From Candidatus Liptonbacteria bacterium (GTDB lineage Bacteria; Patescibacteriota; Minisyncoccia; UBA6257; 2-01-FULL-56-20), in the NCBI GenBank assembly GCA_016186635.1, contig JACPLI010000014.1, positions 804 to 64,803 of the forward strand: DNA of 64,000 nt. Reading direction: 5' to 3'. Below, piece by piece: positions 44,123 to 52,988 of the stretch (positions are counted from its first letter, which is position 1; the number at the start of each line of letters is the position of its first letter). The position numbers were made by a program, and so were the translations under genes. Below the pieces are notes generated by a model, which did no database searches, was not told where the DNA came from, and worked only from the letters and a program-made list of their open reading frames with translations.

Positions 44123-45544
44123 ATGAACAACCCAACCGTAATACCCGAAGAAAAAATCTTCCAGCGCTGGGATATGCTCCCCGAGGGACTCCGCGAGGCG
44201 CTTGTCTCTGAAAAATACGGCGATATTCTCTGGAAAACCTGCGCGGCGGAGCATCTCTCCGAGGAAAAAACGGGCGAGGTCGCCCGCATCGCTTCGTGGG
44301 TGTTTCTGGGATTCCTCCACCCCGAGGACATCGCGCGCGAGGTGCAGCTTTCGACCGGCATCCACGCCGAGGTTGCAAACGCGATTGCCGCGGCGCTCCA
44401 CGCGAAGATTTTCGCGCCGCTCCGCGAGACGCTCGAGTCCTCCTACGCCCCTCCGGGAACCACGCCCCGCTACGGCGAGGCGCCTGCGGGGCCCGTCATG
44501 CTTGAGGATATTCGCTCCATGGAAGACCGCGAGGGCGCGCCTGCTTCGCCGGAGCTCCCGCGAGGCGCGCAGGGCGCTTCTCTCTCTCACGGGATGGAAG
44601 CAACGCTCGAGAAGCTCCGCCCCTCCGCCGCAGAAGAGCCATTCTTCAAAGAAACGCCCGTAGCGCTTGAGGCGCTTAAGGAACAAGGAACAAGGAACAA
44701 GGAACAAGGAGAAGCCTTTGAAGTACCACCAGCATTCGAGATGCCGCCTCCCGAAAGAATGAGTGATGCGGGAAGAGTGATAAGTGATGAAGCGACCCGT
44801 CCCTCACCCCTCACCACTCAAAACTCATTCTCGCCACTCGCCACTCAACCCTCGCCACTTGAAACTTCCCCCTTCATCCTCCACGAAGAAGCCCCCGCGC
44901 CTTCGCTCCCGAACGTCGGCGACTTTTCGCTCGACATCAGGCCGGAAGAGTTCGGCCCCTCGGAGCAGGAACTGCAGAAAGCCCCGCAGGCGGACATCGA
45001 GATAGGGGGAGCAACAGAAGGAATAAGGAATAAGGAACAAGGAACAAGCGAGGAAGAAAAGGAATCGAGAATCGTTCACTACGGAGACTTGCGCACGCCG
45101 CTCGAAAGCGTGAGTGGCGAGGGAAAAGTGATGAGTGATGAGGCAACTCTCCTCTCACCCCTCACCCCTCAACACTCATCACTAGATGCAACTCCCGTTC
45201 CAAGCCCGACGTTTGCAGCGTTCAACCTCTCCGACCTTGCAGGGCTGGATGCTCCGCCTCCTCCACCTCCCGCCGCAACCGCGCCCGAGCCGGACGTGCC
45301 CCCGCCTCCGCCCGCCACTCAACCCTCGCCACTCGAAACTTCTCCAAAAAAGCAAGGGTTCTTTGCGCGGCTTTTCGGAAGAAGAGGAAGGGGGACTCTA
45401 GAACCTTCGGATGCCCAAGGTTCGACCTTGGAAGCAACCCCGGAACCCGACCTGCCTCCGCCTCCGCCCGATGAGCCACCCGTGCCGCCTCTACCCCCTG
45501 CTACCGGCGCCGACACGATAAACTTAGATTCTTTCAAGTCCTGA
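44123..45544 (+). CDS. hypothetical protein with folded N-domain and Pro-rich low-complexity tail
   Basis: 473 aa; tail contains AAGGAAC and GTGATGA-type heptamer arrays translated as EQGTRNKEQG, SDEATRPSPLTTQ etc. Confidence 0.45.
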   Translation: MNNPTVIPEEKIFQRWDMLPEGLREALVSEKYGDILWKTCAAEHLSEEKTGEVARIASWVFLGFLHPEDIAREVQLSTGIHAEVANAIAAALHAKIFAPLRETLESSYAPPGTTPRYGEAPAGPVMLEDIRSMEDREGAPASPELPRGAQGASLSHGMEATLEKLRPSAAEEPFFKETPVALEALKEQGTRNKEQGEAFEVPPAFEMPPPERMSDAGRVISDEATRPSPLTTQNSFSPLATQPSPLETSPFILHEEAPAPSLPNVGDFSLDIRPEEFGPSEQELQKAPQADIEIGGATEGIRNKEQGTSEEEKESRIVHYGDLRTPLESVSGEGKVMSDEATLLSPLTPQHSSLDATPVPSPTFAAFNLSDLAGLDAPPPPPPAATAPEPDVPPPPPATQPSPLETSPKKQGFFARLFGRRGRGTLEPSDAQGSTLEATPEPDLPPPPPDEPPVPPLPPATGADTINLDSFKS

Positions 45545-45556
45545 CTCGGAAAACCT

Positions 45557-45602
45557 TAATTCGCGTTATTTGCCCCAATTCGCATTATTCGCGATTACTC
45601 CT
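45557..45602. repeat. palindromic AATAAYGCRAAT-family element, copy 4
   Basis: taattcgcgttatttgccccaattcgcattattcgcgattactcc ending 1 nt before ATG 45603. Confidence 0.65.
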
Positions 45603-46109
45603 ATGCAATTCCAAGTTCCCCAATTTATCGAGACGGAAGACAAGATTGTGGGGCCTTTCACGCTCAAGCAGTTTATCGCGGTCGGCGCCGCAGTAGGCGT
45701 CTCGCTTGTCCTGTACCTCGTCGTCGTGCCGTGGCTCTGGCTCGTGCTCTCTATTCCCCTCGTCGGCGGCGGGATTGCCTTCGCCTTCGTGAGGGTAGGG
45801 GGGCGCGCGCTCCCTTCGGTCGCGCTCGCGGCGCTCCGCTATCTCTGGAAACCGCAAACGTACGTGTGGCAGCCGGAAGCGCAAGGAACAAGGGACAAGG
45901 AACAAGGAACGAAAACGGAAGAAAAGACGGGCGGGCTTTCGCTTGAGGAAGTGCTCTCGGGACTCTCCCTGCGGCGGACATGGCAGAAGCTCCAAACCGG
46001 CGCGGAGAAGCTCTCGCCGGGGCTCTTCCTCGCTCAGCGCGACCGCTACTCCATCTACCGGAAGCGGAGCGGGGAGAGGAGCGCCGCGAGGAGGATAGAT
46101 TACCGCTAG
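45603..46109 (+). CDS. PrgI/VirB3-like small membrane protein
   Basis: start at ATG 45603; two TM helices FIAVGAAVGVSLVLYLVVVPWLWLVLSIPLVGGGIAFAFV; position directly upstream of VirB4-like ATPase as in Gram-positive-type T4SS. Confidence 0.5.
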   Translation: MQFQVPQFIETEDKIVGPFTLKQFIAVGAAVGVSLVLYLVVVPWLWLVLSIPLVGGGIAFAFVRVGGRALPSVALAALRYLWKPQTYVWQPEAQGTRDKEQGTKTEEKTGGLSLEEVLSGLSLRRTWQKLQTGAEKLSPGLFLAQRDRYSIYRKRSGERSAARRIDYR

Positions 46110-46112
46110 AGG

Positions 46113-46168
46113 ACAAGTGGTGAGTGATGAGTGGTGAGTGGGGAGTGGTTAAGTGGCGAGTGATGAGG
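46113..46168. repeat. heptamer array (GTGGTGA/GTGATGA/GTGGGGA...)x8
   Basis: ggacaagtggtgagtgatgagtggtgagtggggagtggttaagtggcgagtgatgagg. Confidence 0.8.
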
Positions 46169-46582
46169 GAATACAATGCAATGCAAATCAAATCGTATAA
46201 AGAACTTACTGTTTGGAAAAAATCGGTTGTTCTTGTGGAAGAAGTTTACTGTTGCACCGCAAAACTTCCGAAGGAGGAGTTATATGGTCTCGTTATGCAA
46301 GCGCGCCGCGCAGTAGTTTCAATCCCGTCAAGCATCGCCGAAGGTTCGAGAAGGAAAAACGGCATGGAATATCTGCAGTACATAAGGATTGCGGATGGAT
46401 CATCGGCAGAACTTGAGACACAACTCATCATAATAAAACGCCTCTACCCTCACGTAAATGTCGCGAGAGCAGAACAGCTGCTTGATGAAGTGCAACGAAT
46501 GCTGCACGCAATGCGGCGGACTCTCGAATCTAAAATCAGGCTTACCCGAACACCTCCAAGCGAGTACAATGATAAAGAATAG
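46163..46582 (+). CDS. four-helix-bundle protein (23S rRNA intervening-sequence protein family)
   Basis: KSYKELTVWKKSVVLVEEVY...LPKEELYGLVMQARRAVVSIPSSIAEGSRR...ADGSSAELETQL matches PF05635-type proteins; lower-GC islet; start 46163 or 46181. Confidence 0.65.
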   Translation: MREYNAMQIKSYKELTVWKKSVVLVEEVYCCTAKLPKEELYGLVMQARRAVVSIPSSIAEGSRRKNGMEYLQYIRIADGSSAELETQLIIIKRLYPHVNVARAEQLLDEVQRMLHAMRRTLESKIRLTRTPPSEYNDKE

Positions 46583-46652
46583 CCACCACTTCCCTCACCC
46601 CTCACCACTTATCGCTCATCACTTATCACTCGCCACTTATCACTCAAAACTC
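46582..46652. repeat. heptamer array (CCTCACC/ACTTATC/ACTCGCC...)x10 abutting virB4-like start codon
   Basis: ccaccacttccctcacccctcaccacttatcgctcatcacttatcactcgccacttatcactcaaaactc then ATG 46653. Confidence 0.8.
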
Positions 46653-49079
46653 ATGCCCAAAGAATTCGCCAACGCCCAGGACCTCGTCGCGGTCAAGGAA
46701 ATCCGAGACGGGACGCTCATCTTGAAGGACGGCGGCCTCCGCCAGATACTTATGGTGAGCGGCGTGAACTTCGCGCTCCGCTCGGAGACGGAGCAAGGCA
46801 TCATCACCGCCAGCTACCAGAACTTTTTGAACACGCTCGATTTCCCCCTGCAGCTCATCATCCACTCCCGGAAAATCAACATTGATACATATCTCGAGAA
46901 GCTCGCCGCGTACGAGCAGAAAGAGCCCTCCCCCCTCCTCCGCAACCAAAACGCCGAGTACCGCGAGTTCATCAAGGGGTTCGTGGACAAAAACGCGATT
47001 ATGGAGAAAACATTCTTCGTGGTCGTGCCGTGGACGACCGTCTCACTCCCCACCACGAGGAGTCTTATGCGATTCATCCCGTTTCTCGGGAGAAGCAAGG
47101 GGGCGGAAGCGGCAGAGGCGAAAGAGAAGGAAGAGTCCTTCGAGGAGTCGCTGGAACAGCTCCAGCAGCGCGTCTCCCAGGTCGCCGAGGGGCTTGCCGC
47201 CGTGGGGCTTGAAGCGGTCCCTCTGGGCGACCGCGAGCTTGCGGAGATGCTCTACAACTTCTACAACCCCGAATCCGTCGAGCGCGAAAACCTTGCGCTT
47301 CCCGCCGACGAGAAAGGCGGGGCGAATGCAACGGCCCAAACCCAAGGCGCGGAGAAACCCGTGAAGAAGGGCGGAATTGGCGATGTCTCAAAAATCATTG
47401 CGCCGGCAGGCGCGGAGGTGACGCCGAATTTCGTCAAAATCGGCAGCAAGCTCGCAAAAACGTTTTTCGCGCTCTCCTACCCGAGGTACCTTGCAACCGG
47501 CTGGTTTGAGCCCATCGTGAACCTCCCCAGCCTTCTCGACGTCTCCATCTTCGTGAATCCCATGAACACGGGGGATGCCCTCAAAAACCTCCGCAAGAAA
47601 GCCGCCCAGCTCGAATCGCAAATCGCGGATACGGAAGAGAAAGGGCTCGTGCGCGACCCCCTGCTCGAAACCGCGCTCCGCGACGTGGAATCCCTTCGGG
47701 ACACGCTCCAGCAATCGGAGGAAAAGCTCTTCCACGCCGCCCTCTACATCACGATTTACGCGGACGCGCCGGACCAGCTTGCGCGGCTTGAGGGGCAAAT
47801 CACTTCGCTCATGGAAGCGAAGCTTGTTTACATCAAACCCGCCCTCTTCGAGCAGCTTGAGGGGCTCCTCTCGGTTTTTCCCTTCGGAGGCGACCGCCTC
47901 AATATCGGGACGCCGATGAACTCGAGCCCCATCTCCTCTTTTTTCCCATTCGTCTCCGAAGACCTCACCTCGAACGAGGGCATCATGTACGGCATCAACC
48001 GCCACAACAATAGCTTGGTCATATTCGACCGGTTTTCTCTCGAGAACGCAAATCAGGTCGTCTTTGCAAAATCCGGCTCCGGAAAATCCTACTCCACGAA
48101 ACTCGAAATCATCCGTTCGCTCATGGTGGGCGCCGAAGTCATCGTGATTGACCCCGAGAACGAATACCAGCGCCTCGCGGAGGCTTTGGGCGGGAGCTTC
48201 TTCAGCATTTCGCTCTCGTCCGAAGAGCACATCAACCCGTTCGACATCCCCATCATTCCGGAAGGGGAGTCTCCTTCGGACATCCTCCGGTCGCACGTCG
48301 TGAACCTCGCGAGCTTGGTGAAGCTCATGCTCGGGAAAATCACGCCCGAGGAAGACGCGCTCCTCGACCGCGCGATTACCGAAACCTACGCCTCGCGCGA
48401 AATCGTGGCGGGGGAAGATTTTTCCGGCAAGGAAGCCCCGCTCCTTGAGGACCTCGAAACCGTGCTCCGCAACCTTGAGGGCGGGCGCGCGATGGCGGAA
48501 CGGCTCTATAAGTACACGAAGGGGTCCTTCGCGGGATTCGTAAACCAGCACACGAATATCGACATCGGCAACCGCTTCATCGTCTTCTCCATCCGCGACC
48601 TTGAGGAGGAGCTCCGCCCGATTGCGATGTTCGTCATCCTGAACTTCATCTGGAACCTCATCCGCGCGAAGTTGAAACGCCGGATTCTCATGATTGACGA
48701 AGCATGGATTATGATGAAAAACGAAGACTCCGCCACGTTCCTCTTTGGGCTCGTGAAGCGCGCCCGGAAGTACTACCTTGGCGTTTCCACCATCACGCAG
48801 GACGTCGAGGACTTCCTGAGGTCTCCCTACGGCAGGCCCATCATCACGAATTCCTCGGTACAGCTCCTTTTGAAACAAGCGCCTGCGACGATTGATATCG
48901 TGGCAAAAGCGTTTGACCTCACGGAAGCCGAAAAATCGCTTCTCTTGGGCGCGGAGGTCGGCACGGGGCTCTTCTTCGCGGGGAAAAAGCACGTCGCCAT
49001 CCAGATTGTCGCCTCGTATTTCGAGGACCAGATTGTAACGACAAACCCCGCACAGCTCCTTGAGGAAAAATCCCGCTAG
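46653..49079 (+). CDS. VirB4/TrbE/PrgJ-family T4SS ATPase
   Basis: start at ATG 46653 (MPKEFANAQDLVAVKEIRDGTLILKDGG = typical Gram-positive-type VirB4 N-terminus); Walker A FAKSGSGKSYS; Walker B LMIDEAW; C-terminal VirB4 domain. Confidence 0.85.
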   Translation: MPKEFANAQDLVAVKEIRDGTLILKDGGLRQILMVSGVNFALRSETEQGIITASYQNFLNTLDFPLQLIIHSRKINIDTYLEKLAAYEQKEPSPLLRNQNAEYREFIKGFVDKNAIMEKTFFVVVPWTTVSLPTTRSLMRFIPFLGRSKGAEAAEAKEKEESFEESLEQLQQRVSQVAEGLAAVGLEAVPLGDRELAEMLYNFYNPESVERENLALPADEKGGANATAQTQGAEKPVKKGGIGDVSKIIAPAGAEVTPNFVKIGSKLAKTFFALSYPRYLATGWFEPIVNLPSLLDVSIFVNPMNTGDALKNLRKKAAQLESQIADTEEKGLVRDPLLETALRDVESLRDTLQQSEEKLFHAALYITIYADAPDQLARLEGQITSLMEAKLVYIKPALFEQLEGLLSVFPFGGDRLNIGTPMNSSPISSFFPFVSEDLTSNEGIMYGINRHNNSLVIFDRFSLENANQVVFAKSGSGKSYSTKLEIIRSLMVGAEVIVIDPENEYQRLAEALGGSFFSISLSSEEHINPFDIPIIPEGESPSDILRSHVVNLASLVKLMLGKITPEEDALLDRAITETYASREIVAGEDFSGKEAPLLEDLETVLRNLEGGRAMAERLYKYTKGSFAGFVNQHTNIDIGNRFIVFSIRDLEEELRPIAMFVILNFIWNLIRAKLKRRILMIDEAWIMMKNEDSATFLFGLVKRARKYYLGVSTITQDVEDFLRSPYGRPIITNSSVQLLLKQAPATIDIVAKAFDLTEAEKSLLLGAEVGTGLFFAGKKHVAIQIVASYFEDQIVTTNPAQLLEEKSR

Positions 49080-49085
49080 AGCCCT

Positions 49086-49153
49086 GTCATTCCCGCGTAT
49101 GCGGGAATCCAGGAAAGTGAGATAAGGTTCTGGGTTCCCGCTTCCGCGGGAAC
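49086..49153. repeat. ~70-bp double-hairpin element, left copy (GTCATTCCCGCGtatGCGGGAATC ... GGTTCCCGCTTCCGCGGGAAC)
   Basis: direct repeat of 49903-49968 (about 85% identical); the pair brackets gene 49189-49854. Confidence 0.7.
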
Positions 49154-49188
49154 AACAGAAAGAATACATTCGACCCCTGCACACTACC

Positions 49189-49854
49189 ATGGAACCCGAG
49201 CCAAAAATCTCCGTCGTTGAGGCGATATGGATAGGAACCGTATTCGCGCTCATAGACATTGCGGAAGTCGCCATTGTATTCTTCGGGCTCGACGATTTCT
49301 GGATTCTCGACGCGCTCGCGTCAACGATATTTGTGTATCTCGTCCTCAAGACAATCCCGCCGTTCCGCCAGCTCATCACATGGATTGGAGAACTCTTCCC
49401 GTATGTGGGCGCGCTCCCGCTCCTCACCGCAGGATGGCTCTGGACCACGTGGGCAGACTGGCATCCCGAGGGACTCGGCGCGAAGACGCTCGCCGTGGCG
49501 GAAACGGCGGCGTCCGCGGCAAAGGGAGGAGGGGGAGGAAAAGGCGCCGCGGAAGGCGGGGGAGGGGGCACAGCGGGCGCGCCCGCGCAGGCGCCGCAGG
49601 CACGCGCCGCCGAACAAGCCCCAGCCGGCGCGGGAACAACCGCAGAATCCGCTCCGGCATCCGCCGCGCCGGGCGGAGCGCCGGGAGCGCAACCGGTTCC
49701 CGATGAGGCGCTTGGGGTTCAAAAAGAGCCGATGGAAAAGGTACGGGAGCTCATGGAAAAACCGCTCCCGCCGGAAGAACCCGTCTCCTCAACCGAACCG
49801 CCAGCGCCCCCTCCTCCGAAACTTGAGGATGTGCGCCGGAGGGAAATGCTCTAG
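49189..49854 (+). CDS. hypothetical membrane protein with Gly/Ala/Pro-rich tail
   Basis: 221 aa; 3 TM helices; KGGGGGKGAAEGGGGGTAG low complexity; flanked by direct repeats. Confidence 0.45.
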   Translation: MEPEPKISVVEAIWIGTVFALIDIAEVAIVFFGLDDFWILDALASTIFVYLVLKTIPPFRQLITWIGELFPYVGALPLLTAGWLWTTWADWHPEGLGAKTLAVAETAASAAKGGGGGKGAAEGGGGGTAGAPAQAPQARAAEQAPAGAGTTAESAPASAAPGGAPGAQPVPDEALGVQKEPMEKVRELMEKPLPPEEPVSSTEPPAPPPPKLEDVRRREML

Positions 49855-49867
49855 AATGAAGGAGGAT

Positions 49868-50641
49868 ATGAATACCCGCGAATTACAACCTCCTCTTCCT
49901 TGTCATTCCCGCGAAAGCGGGAATCTAGGGGCACTAAGGGAGATCCTGGGTTCCCGCTTCTGCGGGAACGACAGAACGGCTCGCTTTATCGTCTCAGTTG
50001 CATTGCTTATTGTAATCGCAATGCTTCTGCCGCACGCGTACGCGCAAACCGAGCCGCAGGTCATCATCAGCTGGCAGGCGCACACCTATACCCCTCCCGG
50101 CTACGCCGGAAAGGCGCTCTCGACTGGCGGCTCAAAAGTGAGCGCGTCGCTTGATGTGCTCCACGGAGGGAAGCTTGCCGACCTCTCCGGAGAGACCTTC
50201 TACTGGTACCTCAACAACCGCCTCATTTCGCGCGGCAGGGGGCTCACGAGCGTTTCGCTCCGCGCGCCGGAGGAACTGCGCGGCTCATTTTCGCTCCGCG
50301 TCGAAGCCCTTTCTTACCGCGGCGGCGCCCTGCTCCGCGCCGTGAACATCCCCATCGTCCGCCCCGAGGCCGTGCTTGCGGCGCCTTTCCCCGACGCAAA
50401 AGTTTCCTCGCCGCTCTCCCTCCGCGGCATACCCTTTTTCTTCAACGTCACGGACCCCTTGGAGCTCGTCACGCGGTGGACGGTGAACGGCGCGCCCGCG
50501 TCGCAGACAGGCAACCCCACGGAACTCACTGCAACCATCCAAGGCGCCGCCGGCAGCGCGCTCTCCATAGCGCTCTCGTTCCTCAATCCCGCGTTTGATT
50601 TCGAGGCCGCGCAGGCGTCGGCAACATTCACGCTCAAATGA
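49868..50641 (+). CDS. hypothetical secreted protein
   Basis: ATG 49868 (or 49856) after aaggagga; N-terminal 40 aa are translated hairpin repeat, then signal-like FIVSVALLIVIAMLLPHAYA-QTEP; true start uncertain. Confidence 0.4.
   Translation: MNTRELQPPLPCHSRESGNLGALREILGSRFCGNDRTARFIVSVALLIVIAMLLPHAYAQTEPQVIISWQAHTYTPPGYAGKALSTGGSKVSASLDVLHGGKLADLSGETFYWYLNNRLISRGRGLTSVSLRAPEELRGSFSLRVEALSYRGGALLRAVNIPIVRPEAVLAAPFPDAKVSSPLSLRGIPFFFNVTDPLELVTRWTVNGAPASQTGNPTELTATIQGAAGSALSIALSFLNPAFDFEAAQASATFTLK
49903..49968. repeat. ~70-bp double-hairpin element, right copy
   Basis: gtcattcccgcgaaagcgggaatc...ggttcccgcttctgcgggaac. Confidence 0.7.
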
Positions 50642-51747
50642 AGTCCCCGCTCTCCGCACTCGCGCTCTTCCTCCTTGCCTCCGCCAGCTGGCGGACCGCC
50701 GCCTTTGCCTCGACCATCAACACGAACATCCCCGGCACCGCCCCCACCACAAGTCCCGCAGGGTTCGTCGCAAACTTCTACCAGTTCGCCTTGATGCTGG
50801 GCGGCATTCTCGCCTTCGGCGCCATCGTCTACGGCGCGATTCTCTACGCCGTCTCCGCGGCGAGCCCCGAACTGCGGAGCAGGGGGAAGGACCACATCAT
50901 ACAAGCGCTCATGGGGCTCGCGCTTCTCATGGGCGCGGTCCTCATCATCAACTACGTGAACCCCGACATCATCACGCATCCGCCGGGCACGGTAACGTTT
51001 ACGCTCAAAGATGTGAATTTGGAAGGTTTGAAGGCAAAAACCGGAACCCCGCCGGCGTACAACCCCTCGTCGATAGTGGACTACAATAAGCTGAATGAAG
51101 AAGCGAAAGAAGCAAGAAGGGAGGCCCAGAGGCTGGAAACGAGGGCGGCGGACCTCCGCAGAGAAGCATTACTCCTTGAGGAAGATGCGTTGTATGACCC
51201 GTCAGTTAAAACGAGGATAGACCAGCTGAATAAAGAGGCGGGTGACATAGAGCGCCAGCTCATCGGAAAAACGGCGCTGGCGTGGGCAAAGCGTCACGAC
51301 CTGGATTCCCGCGTCGCGCTCGAGAACAACGACCCTGCAGAAGCGGCGCGCCTCAGAGACGCGCGCGACAGGAGATTGGGAACTGCGGCGGTAAATCTGA
51401 ACGGCGCGGGAGACGCCGCAGGGGCTGCCGGCCTCCTCGTTGATAAGTTTAAGTACGGCGTCCAGTTCGACGCCGATGCCGCCGCGCGGGACGTCGCGGA
51501 ACGCATGAAGGTAACCGGCCAAGGAGCCGTAATCGCAAAGTCAACGGCGGAGTCCCAAGCAAAATCCGTGATGGAAAAAATAGTGACGAACGCAAAAACA
51601 AAGGCGGCCGAGGTGGAGAAAATCTCCCCGGGAAGCGGACAAAAAGTGCGTGATGAGGCAAAAATTGCGATAGATAAAATCAAAACTATCTGCGCGCAAA
51701 ACTCATTAAGAAGTTGCGCCGGCTTTACGTACGACCCTTCAAAATGA
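50638..51747 (+). CDS. pilin-like protein (VirB2/TrbC-like topology) with coiled-coil C-terminal extension
   Basis: signal peptide LALFLLASASWRTAAFA then two hydrophobic helices FYQFALMLGGILAFGAIVYGAILYAV / IIQALMGLALLMGAVLIINYV, typical of T4SS pilins; C-terminal ~220 aa charged/helical. Confidence 0.45.
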   Translation: MKSPLSALALFLLASASWRTAAFASTINTNIPGTAPTTSPAGFVANFYQFALMLGGILAFGAIVYGAILYAVSAASPELRSRGKDHIIQALMGLALLMGAVLIINYVNPDIITHPPGTVTFTLKDVNLEGLKAKTGTPPAYNPSSIVDYNKLNEEAKEARREAQRLETRAADLRREALLLEEDALYDPSVKTRIDQLNKEAGDIERQLIGKTALAWAKRHDLDSRVALENNDPAEAARLRDARDRRLGTAAVNLNGAGDAAGAAGLLVDKFKYGVQFDADAAARDVAERMKVTGQGAVIAKSTAESQAKSVMEKIVTNAKTKAAEVEKISPGSGQKVRDEAKIAIDKIKTICAQNSLRSCAGFTYDPSK

Positions 51748-52988
51748 AACGCCTCCTCTATCTCCTCATCATCCTCGCAGTCGCGGGCGCCGTCGTCCTC
51801 GCCGGGTTTTTCCTGCGCTACCGCAATGAGCCGGTTGCGCCTTCTCCGGCGGAAGAAATGGCGGGAGAAGAGCTCCCCGCGCCAGAGCTTGCCCCGACTG
51901 AAACGTCGGGGGGCGCCACCGCCGAGATGCCTCCCGCGCCCGCCTCTCCTTCCGAGCCCGTCCTCCTCGGCGACGGACTCCGCATCTTGTATCAAAACCC
52001 TGTTTTTGCACTTGCGCCCGCTCCAAACGGCGGCGTGCTGGTGATGGGCATCGACGGGGCGGTTGCCGCAGTGCGGGACACCGCCGCCACCTTGAGCCCC
52101 ACGCCGATTGCAGAGCTCCAAAAAGCGCTTTTTTCCGCGGGCGGCGTAAAGGCGCTTGCGCTCTTCGGCGACCGCACTGCGCCGCAAGCGGGCGTCTTCG
52201 ATGTCGCCTCGAAAACGTGGCAGCCGTTCCCATTCTCCATCATTGACGCGGCGTGGTCGCCGAACGACTCCCGCGCCGCATATCTCGCGCGGCAGAACAG
52301 CGGCGCTGTCGTGCTGGGAGTGCTCGATCTCGCGAACGCGAAGGCAAAACCCCAGGAACTTCTTCGCGCGCGCTTCGCGGACATCACGCTTGCATGGCCC
52401 TTGCCCGACCTTATCTTTCTCCAAGAGCGCCCCAGCGCGGCGGTTCCGGCGCGCGCGTGGATTTTTGACATGAAAAAGAAAATGCTTGCGCCGTTCGCGG
52501 AAGAACAGCGCGGACTCGCAGTGCGGTGGCCTGCCCCGGCCGGAGCGTCGGGGCCCCCGGGAGAATGGCTCGCCTTCGCCGCGGGAGATGCGGGACGGGG
52601 CGGGCGGCTGTACCTCGTCTCACCGCAGGGGACCATCCGCGAGGAGCTTACCTTCCTCACGCTTCCGCAAAAGTGCGCCTCCTTCGGCGGCGGCGCGGCG
52701 CCAAAGGCAGCCTCCGCGGCGCCCTCATCCGCTCCCGCCACTCTTATCTGCGCCGTCCCGCGCGACGCAGATACGCTCAATGTGAGCGCGCTCCCGGACG
52801 CGTACTGGAAACGGGCGCTTTTCACTGAAGATGTCTTCTTAATGATAAACCTTGCGACGGGCGCGACCCGAACTCTCTTTGACGATGCCGCTCGCCCGCT
52901 CGACGCCGACATGCTCGCCGTCTCGGGCGACACGCTCTATTTCATAAACCGCTACGACCAGAAACTGTACTCGCTCCAGATTAAATAG
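51744..52988 (+). CDS. hypothetical membrane-anchored/secreted protein, last gene of T4SS-like cluster
   Basis: start ATG 51744; TM LLYLLIILAVAGAVVLAGFFL; Ala/Pro-rich; no known domain. Confidence 0.45.
   Translation: MKRLLYLLIILAVAGAVVLAGFFLRYRNEPVAPSPAEEMAGEELPAPELAPTETSGGATAEMPPAPASPSEPVLLGDGLRILYQNPVFALAPAPNGGVLVMGIDGAVAAVRDTAATLSPTPIAELQKALFSAGGVKALALFGDRTAPQAGVFDVASKTWQPFPFSIIDAAWSPNDSRAAYLARQNSGAVVLGVLDLANAKAKPQELLRARFADITLAWPLPDLIFLQERPSAAVPARAWIFDMKKKMLAPFAEEQRGLAVRWPAPAGASGPPGEWLAFAAGDAGRGGRLYLVSPQGTIREELTFLTLPQKCASFGGGAAPKAASAAPSSAPATLICAVPRDADTLNVSALPDAYWKRALFTEDVFLMINLATGATRTLFDDAARPLDADMLAVSGDTLYFINRYDQKLYSLQIK

Noticed and set aside
47388-49571. 727-aa minus-strand ORF
   Set aside because: It is antisense to the virB4-like ATPase. 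It is Arg/Gly-rich, typical of GC-rich antisense frames, and has no motif. The same reasoning applies to 39094-40092(-), 18178-19452(-), 27245-28678(+), 31730-32752(-), 12755-13768(+), 4718-5665(+), 51294-52424(-) and 51992-52933(-), all shadows of clear genes.
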